DNA of 63,852 nucleotides, the filler included, from Polymyxa betae A26-41 (taxonomy: Eukaryota; Protista; Endomyxa: Phytomyxea), in NCBI GenBank assembly GCA_003693705.1. It is 4 parts of 4 records of this genome, joined end to end, with 100 filler letters (N's around TTAATTAATTAA, not from the genome) between each part and the next. Parts side by side here need not be neighbours in the genome. Positions count along the whole stretch, not along the records: positions 1 to 27,739 come from RBZT01000353.1; positions 27,840 to 58,352 come from RBZT01000205.1; 2 more parts are not named here. The stretch is one strand, 5' to 3'. Below the pieces are notes generated by a model. That model was not told the origin of the DNA, ran no database searches, and was given only the letters and a program-made list of their open reading frames with translations. Shown piece after piece: positions 24,703 to 38,000 of the stretch (position 1 is the first letter of the stretch; each line of letters opens with the position of its first letter). The position numbers were made by a program, and so were the translations under genes.

Positions 24703-25537
24703 GTAGGGAGTACTTTGCCCAAAGTGTGGGAGATCCCACGTGGAATGGAACTATTGGAGCCGGGCTTTGCAATTCCTGCTGGACCGAGCGGCCTACTTAT
24801 CATGTTTACCAACCAGCACTCACCGCTTTATTCCCTCTCAAATTTTCAGTCTAAAGACATATTGTTTCACATTTTTTGTATAAATCTCGACGTTTCCATC
24901 TGTCAAGGTGGTAAAATTTGCTGGACGAGGCCCCGCGGTTGGTGCAGGAGGCTCCGCATTAAAACAATACATCTTTAGGAAGTGATTCGGCCATCCTCTG
25001 TACTTGGCTAATAGCGCACAGGCTCGCAGAGCGGAGAAACCCTATACCCTATAGGCCAATACTAGACACTATAGAATGTGATTTTGTGTTGAACTTTCTT
25101 AATTGGTAATTGGGCATGAATCGGTATTCTGAAGTTTTGCTGCTGCTATGCCTGACAAGGACCTTTGCGGACGCCACCACGGTGTAGTACCGTCGAAGAA
25201 CTTGTCGGAGACGAAGTTAACGGACCATGAAGTTTTGGTGGCGTCGACAGGCAGTCTACATCCAACATTCACATTATTAATCATTCATGTATTACACCCT
25301 GAAGGCTGAAAACGCCAAAACTCAAGAAAAAAATCAAAAACCTGATTAGCATTAGCATATTCTTATCACCCAGAAGTACTGTAGAAAAATTGTATTTCGA
25401 ATAATCTCGAGCTAAGGGCTAAAGATCCCGCATGCGTTGTATTCGAATCACGCATCAAAATCACGAAGCCGCTGTGGTTGCTCTAAGGCAGCTTCCCAGC
25501 ACGGAGTTACACTGCATCCGAGACATTCCGGACCTCT

Positions 25538-25789
25538 GTGTTATTATCTATCAAATTGCATTGGAATCATCTGCTCCCAGCATTACTGCATCTCCCAGCC
25601 GATCTTGTGATGAAAATTAGTCGAACGTTTGTCACGCAGCTTCTATCCCTTCAATCAGTTCGTCATCTGTATAATCGTGTTGTCAGAATGAAGCCCAGTA
25701 CGACGGTGTTTGAATGTGAACAATCACTACGCAACCCTAATCTTTGGCGCAGCCTCAAAGTACTCTTCTCAATGATTCATTTCCAGTAA
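25538..25789 (+). pseudogene. Possible F-box-like gene relic
   Basis: LLHLPADLVMKI resembles the start of an F-box. No clear continuation. Confidence 0.25.
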
Positions 25790-26605
25790 CGAAATGTGTA
25801 TAGAGTTCGCTGTCGAAGGACGAAGCCGATCACGCGAGCGTCGTTGGGATGGGTGCCGGTTGGTTGGCAGGGACGCCTTTGGCGGGGTCATACCTGGGCC
25901 AATACGTGGACGTGTAGTGGTCGGGCGTGAAACGGTTCGGGTGGTTCGCGGAAACAGACGGTGGTGTATGATGGAGTAAAGGACGCGACTATGGACCCAT
26001 TGACAGATTCGGATTCCAGATGGCCGCAAATATGGAAATGCTGAACGGGAGAGGGTCCGGTAATGATCATCACAACGGAGATGCATTAATGAATGTCACC
26101 GTGAAAAAAGAGGCGAAAATGGTCAACAAACTGCTGCCAAGTGCCGATATTCATCGAATATTTTGAGACTCTGCGTATTATCGCTTGGCTTGTTTTCCAA
26201 CATTATTTTTGTGGTAGCCGCAATCGGCTATCGCTAATTTTAGACAGCAAAAAGTTGAAAAATTTTCAACGTGTTTTCTTTTTTGTTCGTATTTGAGATC
26301 TCTAATAAGTTTTAACTTTCATTTTTAGAGCATTTGATCGACATCAGCTAATGACGACATGTGATGAGTTACGGCGACAATATTATAGTAGATTGTGAGC
26401 GATCCAATCCCGCATTCTTTGTTTCGATTCCATTTTATTGATGTCTCCATTGTAAAGAAGCCAGAACAATGTTCAGCCGAAGCATCGAGTATATGGGGTA
26501 TGCGATTCTTGGCTGGATTTTTTCTTCGAATAAACGCAATCGCGAGTTTGTCTCATTGAAATTGATGGACTGGTGATAATATCAGAGAATTGGTAAAAAG
26601 GGGAA

Positions 26606-27223
26606 CTAAAATCCTCCACGTCCCCAATGTGGTGGGAGAAAATACATCAGAAACTTCTCAATACTTTTCGATCCAAATCTGATTAGATGATCTCGTAGGC
26701 CGCTTTTCGATTTGATCTGCCTGATCTGCAATCGCTGAATCCTCGCCAATGTTCTTCCGAGATGATATCTCTGACAAAACTGCGAAACCTCCTCGAGATC
26801 GACGCTCTTCAGCGACGCGATACAAAGGCGATCATCGCATCGACGAACGACGGACGGCGTCAGCAGGAAATCCGCAATCACGGCAACCGCACACAGATCA
26901 TCGGGCCGGTACGCCGTCAGGTGACGGCGGTCGTGCAGGACCTCGAGGAACATCTCGAACCAGAACGCATCGGATCCATCGGTGACGAACCCCGCCGGAA
27001 TTCGTATCGACGGCAGGTCGACGCCGACGCAGCCGTCGCTCGTCGACCACTGCAAAGCGGCCGCGAAATAGGCGCTGGCCGGGACCAGTACGTCCCGTTG
27101 GCAATGGTAACGTTTCTGGTAGGCGATGACGTTGACGTCGTTGATGGTAGATTTGTGGAATTTTTTCATAGTGTGACAATCGTTCGTGGGGAAGGAGAGG
27201 GAGTATGACGGAAGGTGACTCAT
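26606..27223 (-). CDS. Divergent BTB/POZ-domain protein, apparently intact
   Basis: DVNVIAYQKRYHCQRDVLVPASAYFAAAL...FEMFLEVLH...VAVIADFLLTPSVVRRC is a BTB pattern; 205-aa open ORF. Confidence 0.75.
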   Translation of the reverse strand: MSHLPSYSLSFPTNDCHTMKKFHKSTINDVNVIAYQKRYHCQRDVLVPASAYFAAALQWSTSDGCVGVDLPSIRIPAGFVTDGSDAFWFEMFLEVLHDRRHLTAYRPDDLCAVAVIADFLLTPSVVRRCDDRLCIASLKSVDLEEVSQFCQRYHLGRTLARIQRLQIRQIKSKSGLRDHLIRFGSKSIEKFLMYFLPPHWGRGGF

Positions 27224-27739
27224 TGGGGACCCAGGGGTCCGATATCACCCCATCGGGCTGTCCGTGGATGGAATCATTCCTCCAGAATAAACGAGAACGA
27301 TGTTGATGGAAAGCCAGCGCACGGAAATGGGGCCGATTTCGCTGTGGTGAAGACTTCAGATTCAGGATTGTGTTTATAATGCGCACTTTTGATGTGCGAG
27401 ACTGACAATTTTCCGCATTTTCGAGTTCCATCAACTTTCTGTTAAAAAACGGTTTGCGGTCTCATATTCCAATTGCCCAACCGTGTTGGATTCACTTACC
27501 AACACTCACAAATAGGCATAACTTAGATTGCTGTTTAACAATCTTACTTTGAAAAACTTCTTATTCCGCTGGCTCTTGAGGTCATTCACTCAGCATTGAG
27601 TTAGAAAAGAGGCGATTAACTGCCTGCACTGACATTGTCCACCATGACTTTCTGTCAAACAGAGCACTCTGCAGCTTTATTGGGGTAGAAACCATTCAGA
27701 TATTTGGGGGCGTGTTCATCATTGCGAAAGTGCGTGGTT

Positions 27740-27839
27740 NNNNNNNNNNNNNNNNNNNNNNNNNNNNNNNNNNNNNNNNNNNNTTAATTAATTAANNNNN
27801 NNNNNNNNNNNNNNNNNNNNNNNNNNNNNNNNNNNNNNN
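27740..27839. other. Assembly gap with artificial TTAATTAATTAA linker
   Basis: N-run with a six-frame stop linker. Identical structures at 58353-58452 and 61606-61705. Confidence 0.99.
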
Positions 27840-27844
27840 AAAAG

Positions 27845-27971
27845 TGGGAGTCATGCGCAATTATGTCATTGATGTTGTTATAGAGAATCTATACAAAATA
27901 TCCGTACAATGTAACATTATCGGGCTTCTATGGAGATGTCGTTATAAAGAGTGTCGTTAGAGGGAGGACTG
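27845..27971 (-). mobile_element. Terminal fragment of a pogo/Tigger-like element
   Basis: Reverse complement CAGTCCTCCCTCTAACGACACTCTTTATAACGACAT...catcaatgacat matches 52608-52725. Confidence 0.7.
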
Positions 27972-29135
27972 CATCAAGGCCTGGAAGCTGAATGTCATCA
28001 TAATCCTGCCAAAATTGGAGAAACCCTTGGAAAATCTGCGTGACTCATCTGTTGCTCAAAATCTGAGAAAGATTTATGTGATCGTGAATTATGGGAGATC
28101 CACTCAATAACGACACTGGCATCAATCAAAGCAGAAAATCCAGCACGCAATAGATTTGAGCTGAACGTGCTACAATAACGTACAAACTAAGAAGGCAAAT
28201 GGCGAATCATATCCCGGTGGCCAAAGAACTGGAGCTCAATCAAATGAAATGCGAAATTTAGCACTAAAATTTCATTTCTATCGCCATACTCCGACAAACT
28301 CAGGTTTTCAGAAAAAATTCTCGAAATTGAAACAGCTTAAGGTAGATCTGTTTGAAGAATGTAGCCAAACTTGTCCCAGTCATACTCAGAATTTCGATGA
28401 TGATGAAAATATTATTAATACAATCTCAATGATTTCTGGCTGACTTTAAAAATGTAAATGTAGTCTCAAACAGCCGATATTTTGTTCCAAATGTGAAATC
28501 TGCAACATCATTTAATCTCTTTCGGTTCTGTTGAGCTCAAGCAGTTGCTAATTGTCTAGCATCCTCTTTTCTCATATCAAACGTGATAGGGGGAATCGAT
28601 ATTGTTGAAATCCCTCTTGCAAAGTGACAGGAGAATATACATATACGGTAATGACATTCTGAAGAACTATGCGTCTATGTCCGAGAAAATTAAAGCAAAA
28701 GATTTGTGAGATGTCTTCGATTTGATTTTATGGTGGTTGGTGCCATATGCACCAGCGACGCTCTGCTGTAGTGCAAAACAGAGGTCACTTGCGACCACCG
28801 GGGATGGCAAGCCAGAGCCCCGACGATCCGGCAACAAAAATAATCGTGAACAGTGTCCCCAGTGGAGACAAGAACTTTGTCACGAGTTCTAGAACAGATA
28901 CTACACTTGATCTTAGCCAAAAGGCCGAGAAGGTTGACGATGGAGATTCCAGGCCGCCATTCAGATAGTCGACCATGACGACGACGACGTTATGGGACCT
29001 GAAAACTAAGGAGAGGTTGCGCGCACTCTGCAGCCACTCTCGGACTTTTTCGTGTGCGTTACCGTTCTATGCCGGCTCATCTAACAGTCGTCGAGGTTAC
29101 CCTCCAACCTCCTCGCCGTCATTCTTACATCGACC

Positions 29136-30121
29136 ATGAAATTGCTGTCCATCTCTCTGCTTCTGCTGCTGGCGTCGGTGTCTGTCCAGGCAGCTTGCGG
29201 GTCCGGCAGTTGCTGCCCTTGTCCATCAGGTCAAGCTGAGCAGTCCGCTGTCGAGACCAGTGGCGCCGTCCCAGAGTCGAGGGCTGCTGTTGAAACGATG
29301 GCTGCAAATGATCCTGTTAATCCCGCTCCGAAGAAGACTGGAGGCTGTGGAATGCCCACCGCATTCTTCGCTTGGGCTCCTGGTCACAAGATGGAAGTAC
29401 TGTTCTCTTTCTGGGTTGTCAATTCTTATACAAGTAAGCTTCTTTTTGTTTGGATTTTGCAGGTTTTCACAGATTTTATGTGGGATTTTCTGGCTCGGTG
29501 TATTTTTGTTCGCATTATATGAAAATCCCAAACTTTCTTGTTAGCAATATGCTATTTTTTTCGGTTTGATTATGGGGCTGCTGTTTCTATATTTCATTAC
29601 CACACATGATGCTCGTTCCAGCTAACCTAACTGTTTCCAGGCTATATTCTGACTTGTCTTGTTATTTTCATGCTCGGATTCTTATTCGAAGGCTTTCAAA
29701 CTCTTCAACAGGTACAGACTGTTTTAATACTATTTGCAATGAGAGTTTTCGTTTTTGTTAACATCGATTATTTTCCATCGTTGGTTTCTGTTCATTCGAT
29801 GCATCCTTTTCCCCTATCTGACCTTTTAATCTGAGCGATTTTTAGTTGGCAGATGAGCGGCTCAAACAATTCAATGCCAATATGAAACTCGGCGATAGTT
29901 GCTGCAAGGCTAACAAGTTTTCGAAATCGCAGGAGGCCCTGAGAGCATTCCTTCACGCTTGCCGCGTCTTTCTGAGTCTGATGTTAATGTTGATTTTTAT
30001 GCTTTTCGAATGGGGAACGGCTATGTCGTTAGTCGCCGGTGCTGGCTTGGGCTTTTTCGTGTTCCACGTCTGGTCGCCGCTCAAAGATTCTTCTGCTCCG
30101 CGTCAAGCTGGCTGTCATTAA
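29136..30121 (+). CDS. CTR: Ctr-family copper uptake transporter, 3 exons (29136-29433, 29641-29711, 29846-30121)
   Basis: Signal peptide, CGMPTAF...VLFSFW, TM1 YILTCLVIFMLGFLFE, TM2 MxxxM (MLIFM), TM3 GAGLG, C-terminal CH. GT-AG introns keep the frame. Confidence 0.9.
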
Positions 30122-30998
30122 CCACAAGTGTAGTATTGTTCGACTAAACACAATCGTAACTTTTAATCTGATATTTTCGTTGAATTTCGTTCTGACCTCT
30201 GGCTTAATGATTTCGTGATTTGCTCGACTCCGAACCTAGGAGACAATTCGGTGGCATCTATCGCTGTCCTGGTTTACGAGAGGGCAGTTTTGGTAATCTG
30301 CTTTTCTTGAAAAGGGAAATTTTGAAATTTGTTCCCACGACGAAATGGCGTTCGAATGGACTTATATTTCGCTTCCACAATATCCACTCTGGAATTATTT
30401 GAATATATATGTATATGAAGCGGGAATTCCTGTGACAGCTCGTCAGGATGACTCGAAAAACACATTGGTTTTCAATCTGGTAATTTTTCTAGCGCAGTAA
30501 TCTTGATCAAAATGTCTGGCTAAACTTTGTTTCGAACAGCTATCAGACCTCTCTCGGTAGTTTAATTACGCTTTCACTCAAATCAAAACGACACTTGAAT
30601 TCATGAGCTCATTTCTTAGTGAAATTTGATGCAGTTAAAAGAATCGAATGTCAAAATGAGTTTTCTTGGTGCACATTCGTGTTGGTAAGGCTCAACTTGG
30701 TTAAGAGCACAAGAATGCTTGCGACATTTGTTGTGGTATATCTGATCAACTTTGAGGAAGTTCTAAAAAGCCGTCTCATTTGCACAAAAATCTTTTTGTT
30801 TAGTTCACACGGTCGCGTTTTTGTCATTGTCTTTCTTGGCAAGAAAATGAATCTTTCTTACGACTTGAAAGGAACGGCCTCCGTGACACTTAACCATAGG
30901 TAACGTAGATCACGTGGTTGGGCGTCGAGCCTTTCCTTTACCTTTAGTTAGTCCCTGCTTTATTGCTTCCATTTCGATCGTCGTCGTCTTCAGTACTC

Positions 30999-33232
30999 AT
31001 GAGTCAGCGGCTGGGCCGTATAGTGGGTCAGATCGAGCCTGAAGGGGTATCTGCGGAAGGCCAACCTAAGTTGGTCATTGTTTTGCTGCGGTCGGACCGC
31101 TCTTAATGCTGCTTTAGAAGCAATTCAGTGACCATCACTGACAATCGGACTGGAAAAAAGTTCGAGCTGCCGATCTATTATAACACCATTAAAGCTGAAC
31201 ATTTGTCTAAGATTAAAGGTGACCCCAATGATCCTGCAGGGTTAAGGTATGCTTATCATGCCCCACTGAATTCGCTTATAATCTGTTTCAAGAGCTTATG
31301 ATCCTGGGTATACCAATACAGCTTCTGCAACTTCCAGAATCTGCTATATTGATGGTCTATATTTTCTTTTTTGTGTGTGTTTGTTTTAGATTCATGCATA
31401 TAAACAATAGTCAATAGATTTGATTAACAATCATGTGACATTTTTACTTTATGAAATCCCAAAAACATCATTTTGACCTCCATTTTAGGTGATAAGGGCG
31501 TTCTGACCTATCGTGGGTATCCCATTGAGCAGTTGGCCGAGAAGTCGACCTTCCTTGAAGTCTCATACCTGTATGATGTCACCCTTATTGTTTAGAACTT
31601 TTAATAAGTCGTACAAAGGCTTATATATGGCTCATTGCCCACACCAGACCAGTTAAAGTACTGGACCTCTCGTATTATGCGTCATACCTGCATCCATGAA
31701 GATCTCGCCGATATGATGAAGTCGTTTCGTTACAATGCCCATCCTATGGGAATGCTGATCTCAACGGTAAGAAATATGTATACTTCGAGCTCAATCTTAA
31801 GATTATCCAGATCAGTGCTATGTCTACTCTGCATCCTGAAGTAAGAACGATTTCATTTTCGCTTTCCCATCTCTTATCAATGATAGGCCAATCCGGCATT
31901 GGCTGGCCAAAACGTATATGATTCTATTCAACTTCGAAACAAGCAGATCCATCGGATTGTCGGGACAATGCCGACTATTGCTGCTGCTGCTTATCGACAC
32001 CGAATTGGACGGTTGGTGATCATCGTTATACCTTCGAACCAGGCTAACCGTATTCATAGTTCTTATGTTCAGCCAACCAATTCTGGGTTGAACTATACTG
32101 AGAACTTTATGTATATGCTTGACATGTTAAGCAACCCGAACTATAAGCCACATCCCCGTCTAGCACGCGCCTTGGATGTTCTTTTCATTCTGCATGCTGA
32201 TCATGAACTAAACTGCTCCACTTCTGCAATGCGGCATTTGGCTTCTGGAGGCGTCGACGTATACACTTGTATCGCCGGTGCCGCTGGCGCTCTTTGTAAG
32301 TTATATTCTCATGTTTTGATGGGCTGTTGACCTTGTTTAGATGGGCCGAAACATGGAGGTAGCCTGAATTTGTGTTTCTGAGTAAGAATTTGGTTTTCTA
32401 ATGCAATGTCTTTAAGGAGCGAATGAAGCTGTGTTGCGAATGTTGGAATCTATCGGATCTGTTGATAAAATCCCAGAATTCATTGCTGACGTGAAAGCTC
32501 GAAAAGTTCGTCTAATGGGATTCGTGAGTTTCTTCAATCGCTATATTCATCTTTTCTTATGTGGTTCTAGGGTCATCGTGTCTAGTAAGTGTTATGCCGC
32601 ATTGTGTGGCTGCTGCTATTAACAGAGTCGTGTAGTAAAAACTATGACCCTCGTGCGCGTATTATTCGACAGGTTGAAAGGACATTTTTTGAAATCATTC
32701 TTGTATGAACGCTGCATAGGTCGCTGAGGAAGTGTTCGAAATTCTTGGTCGCGAGCCTCTTATTGAAGTTGCAATTGCTTTGGAGAAAGTCGCGCTTGCA
32801 GATCCATTTTTTGTCAAACGCAAGCTATATCCCAATGTTGATTTCTACTCTGGATTGATTTACAAGGTAGGATACATTGTTTTCTCGTCACATTCTCGAT
32901 ACTCAATTATATTGGTTTTTCATATATCTGAGTATTATCGTTTTCATCAAAGAACTGATTATTCCACGCAGGCTATGGGGTTCCCGACTGACTTTTTCCC
33001 GGTTTTGTTCGCGATCCCTCGTACTGTAGGCTGGCTTGCGCATTGGTTCGAGTTCATGGATGATAAAGAAAATAAGATCATTCGTCCTCGTCAAGTTTAT
33101 CTTGGGGAACCGCCACGTGATTATGCTCCGATCGATAAGCGTCCCCCGTCGAAAAGCAAAGACAAAACTCTAATTGCCAGCGAGATGTCGGCCGAATCCA
33201 AGCGCCGATTTGCTTCGAAATCGGTGCCGTAG
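30999..33232 (+). CDS. CSY: Citrate synthase, peroxisomal/glyoxysomal type, many short introns
   Basis: Motifs [80 protein letters not shown]-terminal RLGRIVGQI fits PTS2 (RLx5[HQ][LI]). Confidence 0.95.
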
Positions 33233-34689
33233 AGGATTGCCTATCAGTTAGTCATTCTCTTTTCAATCCGTATCAAATTACAGTAAGCAATTTTCGTCAC
33301 TATCGCCAGAGAATGCAGAATTCTGTTTTCTCCAGTTAACTGATTCCAATCCAGTACAAATGGTAGTCAAATGCTCTTATGGACGGGTACCGTAGTTCAG
33401 ATTTGTTCACGCCCTGGTCGCGCGACTTGCAGCAAATGTGGCGCGAACTTTACCTCCATACGTAGTGAGATCATTAGCAAGCGGAACCTTGTAATATCGA
33501 TGATGATTTGTGTGAGTGGTTTTAACCAGCGTTGAAGAATTGATTCTGGACGTCGAACGCAATGCTGATGGACATACTGCTCGCGATATGTTTAATTATG
33601 AATTGACGTTGGAGTTCCAGTAAGAGCACGAACACAAAATAGGGTCCTGAGAACTCATAATTCATTATACGGCCCTGGAACCGTGGTAGATTGAGCAGCT
33701 CGCACTGCCTCTGCACAGACGGACTGCTCTTAATAAATATCCATGCTCGACCTTCGCTAGTGTTCTCTGTTCTCGAAAAGCTACGGTATTTGAATTGATT
33801 GCTTCATTGCGCGCATGAACAGTAGAAGGCCCCAAATGCCCAGTGGCCTGGTACAAATTCGGACGCTTCATAAACTCTCTATCAATCCCATCCGCAGATA
33901 GGATTGGGAAGCAGCATTGCCATTCATATGTCAGATAAGCCAATAGCAGGAATGAATGATGTAGCAGGTTTTCAATCTCCAGAGATATTCATTATCTGCT
34001 GTCGCATTATCTCATGATAGCAACGCCAACTCCCTCCAAAGTTGAAATCAGTCCCCGGGCGTTATGGGCGACTCTTGCCATGATATCAACGCCGACATTG
34101 CCGAAGGTATTGCCCGAGTTTCTTGCATCAACGATTGATGAATCTCGCTTTCCTGTCAAAGGTGTGATATAGAGCATCAATCGTCAGCTTATGCTGTCTT
34201 TTGATATGTAAATGTCGGGCGGTTAAACTCAATGATCGGAAGGTCGAAGTCAATGTTGTTTTTGCTATCGACATTGGAAGTCGAAAGGCATTAGAAGATG
34301 CCCGCATACCGTGATTGCTGAGTTTGCACATTCACTCGGACGAACAAGATAATCACTATTGGCGTTCACCTTTTGATAAGCATCTTCCGGATGTGAACGT
34401 CCTGGGCAAGAAGTTCATGTGCATGCACAATGCATCAGCGGTCTTAAATCGCTATTACAATGCCATTCGTTAAACGTCAGTAGCAATGAGCAAATATTAT
34501 CTCAATTTGGCCTTTTTACTGAAGTTCGATTGGGATTATGTTCTCATCAAAGATTCTTAAGAAAATATCGTTGCTGCGTTGCCTTGAAATCGCTTTGCCG
34601 AGAAATAAAACCTGGCATATTGTCATCTTAGTTACTTAAATATGCAAAAAATACCAAAAAGAAAAAAACACTATTAAAAAACGAGAGCA

Positions 34690-34912
34690 AATAGGAAATC
34701 TGCTTTCATCATGACTCATGAAAGACAAAACAAAACAAAAAATCAATAATTCCAGAAGCGAGAGCAAAAATGGGAAATCTGTGAACATGACTCACGGAAT
34801 GGAAAAAAAACACAAAAAAAGAAAAAATCACTTATCACAATCAGAAAAATGACCGCAAAATTTGAAAATGTGCATTGGACATGACTCACGGAAATGTTCT
34901 ACTTAGTCACGG
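34690..34912 (+). promoter_or_regulatory. Three CATGACTCA (AP-1/GCN4-like) motifs upstream of the Cu-ATPase
   Basis: catgactca at about 34709, 34787 and 34880, plus ttagtca at about 34902, within 350 bp of the ATG. Confidence 0.4.
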
Positions 34913-35028
34913 TCCGTTATCATCCGTCTTCCAAAGATCCAATCGGCGATTGATCGTATCTGGGGGCGGTCCATCGCCCGCCATCCCATCTGTGCCGAGA
35001 ATCTCGTCTACCGGCAATCGCGGTCGTC

Positions 35029-38000
35029 ATGGCGCCGGTCGTGCTCTCCATCCGGGGCATGTACTGCCCGAACTGTGCCGCCCGGGTTCGTCTCGCCCTC
35101 GAATCGTCCGGCTTCTGCCATCGTATCAGCGTCTCTGTTAACGAAGGTCTGGCGACCATCGACGCCAAACCAGGCGCGAAGATTGACGCTCTCGTCGTCG
35201 CCGTTATCGAAGCCGGCTTCCATTGCGCCCTGAAAGGCGATGTCCTCCATACAAGGCCGCCTTCGCCCGGCGCTTCTTACACCGTTTCTGTCAATGAAAT
35301 CCCTCATGGGATCGAAGATCATCTTCGGGCGCTCTCGGGCGTCATCAACGTCGCTCTGTGTCCCGTCAGCGGCCAGATCGTGCTGCGTTTCGACCCCGAA
35401 CATACTGGCCCGGATCGGCTCCAGGCCGGATTGCAACGCCTCGGGTTGGAACCGGAATCGGGCGAGCTGATCAAGGCGCCATCGCAGCAATTAATCTCTC
35501 TTCGTATCTCGGGCATGACATGTGCCACCTGCGTCGGTAAGTTCCATTCTCGATTGTTTCTTGAAAAAAAAAACGCTTCAATTTTTTCATTTTTTTTTGC
35601 TCGAAATAATCATGCTGAGTTTGTTCACTTTTCTCTATTTCATTCATGCCTGATCTAGTAGTCATGCAGTTCTTTGCAATTTTCAATTCTTCATCCAGTC
35701 ACATTCTCAAACTTTTGTGCCAAAAAACGCTTCATTTTCTTAAATTTTTTGATTGAAATAATCATGCTGAGTTTGTTCACTTTTCTCTATTTCATGCCTG
35801 ATCTAGTAGTTATGCAGTTCCTTGCATTTTTCAATTGTTCATCCAGTCACATTCTCGAACTTTTTGTGCCAAAAAACGCTTCATTTTCTTAAATTTTTTG
35901 ATTGAAATAATCATGCTGAGTTGGTTCACTTTTCGCTATTTCATGCCTGATCTATTAGTTTTGCAGCAACTTTCAATTTTTCATCCGTCAATTGCGGGTG
36001 GATGAATCGCTCAATGTCGTCGAGTTTGCGTTTGTTTTCGGTATTTGCGAAGTGCATTTGTTTTTCTCAAAGCGAGAGGCTGTGGACTCGATCATTGATG
36101 TTTTTGGTTTAGGGACGATCGAACGAGCGTTGAACGCGCTGCCTTATGTGATCTTCGTGTCGGTGAATCTGGCGACCGAAAGCGCCACCGTCATCATCGA
36201 CGATCGCTCCGGAGCCAGCTACAAAGACCTGATTTCGGAGATCGAAGATATCGGCTTCGAGGCCGAATTCATTGCTGAACCTGAAGATCAGGTTCGTAGC
36301 GCTCTTCTCCTATTCATTATGCGAATATCGTGCTCAACACAAACCTGTTAATTCGCTTCGTTTTTTCATGATTTTTGCTTCTGTTTTCGTCCATCTAAGC
36401 AGCATGTTTCAGGTTGCGGTTTTGCGCTCCCATCAAGAGAAGAGGCAACGAATTTGGCGCCGGCGCCTGATTGCCAGCTCGGCATTTACCCTTCCCATCT
36501 TTATTCTGGGCATGATCATTCCTATGATAATCGGTACTTTGATTCTGAGATCATGGCTGCAATCATGATTTCGATTTCTCGTCGCTTTCTTGAATTTAGC
36601 TGCCTCCAAAAATCCTTTTCTGTATCTGTGTTTTTCTATCGTGCTTTTGTTGGGATCTTTCGTGAAGGTTTTCAAATAATCGTTGAAGTCTCATTGCGTC
36701 TGAATTTTACTTACTGCATTGTGTCCAGATATATCGAGATGGAATCAGGTGATGCATTTCGTGATCTGGGCGCTCTGTACACCGGTCCAGTTCGGTATTG
36801 GTGCTGTGTTCTATCGAGACGCCTATTACTCCTTAAGAAATCGGTCACACCATATAGCATTCTGCCTTCCTTCATTTCCGATCATTTCTACCGCTATTCA
36901 GTCTTCTTCCTTTCATTAACCACGATTTTGTGTTCTTTTTTTGTCTTTTTATGGCAATTTATTTGCTCGTTGCGATCATTATTCTATTTCCTTTCAATTG
37001 TTTTTTTTTGTTTTTTTTTTATAACGGGTTTTAACTTTCGAATGATTTCGGTTGGCGTTCATTGTTTTCGTATTCAATCTGATGCAGAGCTCCTGACATG
37101 AACGTCCTGATCGTTCTTGGAACGACGACGGCCTATGTAGCGAGTGTTGTCGCTATCCTGGTGCCTCTGCGCGAGCAGTATTTCGAGACGGCCGCCGTCC
37201 TGATCACGTTCGTCGTCCTCGGCAAGTACCTGGAAGTTCGCGCCAAAGTAATCGTCCTCGGTTCTGAGCGATCTCCATCTCCTAATCATGAATCAGGGCA
37301 AGACCAGCGAATCGCTCATGCAATTACAAGATCTACAACCGAAAACGGCGCTCGTTGTCGAATTCGACGGCGACGAAATTCGTCGCGAATCCGAGGTTAT
37401 GTCGAGGACGCTGCTACCCGGGCAGACTGTTAAAGTAAAACGTTCTGAATGCGATTCTTTCGATCTCTTTCTGATAGATGTCGATCAGGTTCTGTCTGGG
37501 GCCAGTTTTCCCTGTGATGGATGGATTCGTTCCGGTGATTGTGAGGCCGATGAATCCATGCTAACTGGAGAATCGCGACCTGTCTCGAAACTGCCCGGTG
37601 ATAATGTCAGACCGAATTCATTTTTTTTTATTCGTGTTGATTTCCTCGCTATTGCTTTATCTTCGATTTTCTCCAATTTTTTTAGATGTTTTCGCTTGCT
37701 TTTCGATCAGTTTTGTTGCATTCTTCTGTTAACTTTATTTGCAGTTTGTACTGTATTTTTTCGGCATAATTTTGTTGCATTTTTCGGTTAACTTTATCTG
37801 CAGTTTGTGCTGTATATTCTGGCTTGGCTTTTAATGCTCGTTTAAGCACTTTTCTGCTCTGTCGTTCTACTAAGGCGTCATGCTGGCTTCCAACCGAGTT
37901 CTGCGTCTGCAGGTCTATGCAGCGACGATCAACATCGGCGGCCTGGTCTACGTAACGGTGACGGCGGCCGCGACGGATTCCGCCCTGGCCAAGATCGTCC

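Larger units (their letters stand above)
15737..24854 (+). pseudogene. BTB/POZ paralog split by two transposon insertions
   Basis: HEDGDVSMEV...CFRVHKSL |gypsy| VTVHSLFFKNMFKNGSEWAE...CDRYQC...WAIRQP...SSDCNGC |IS3EU-like| REYFAQSVGDPTWNG. The reading frame rejoins across both target-site duplications. Confidence 0.85.

Noticed and set aside
27784-27795. TTAATTAATTAA palindrome repeated three times in the window
   Set aside because: It is an artificial scaffold linker inside N-runs. Adjacency across the gaps is also uncertain.
28690-28976. Short ORF divergent from Ctr
   Set aside because: No consistent spliced model or recognisable motif.
33400-34400. Short ORFs between citrate synthase and the Cu-ATPase
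   Set aside because: No coherent frame or motif.
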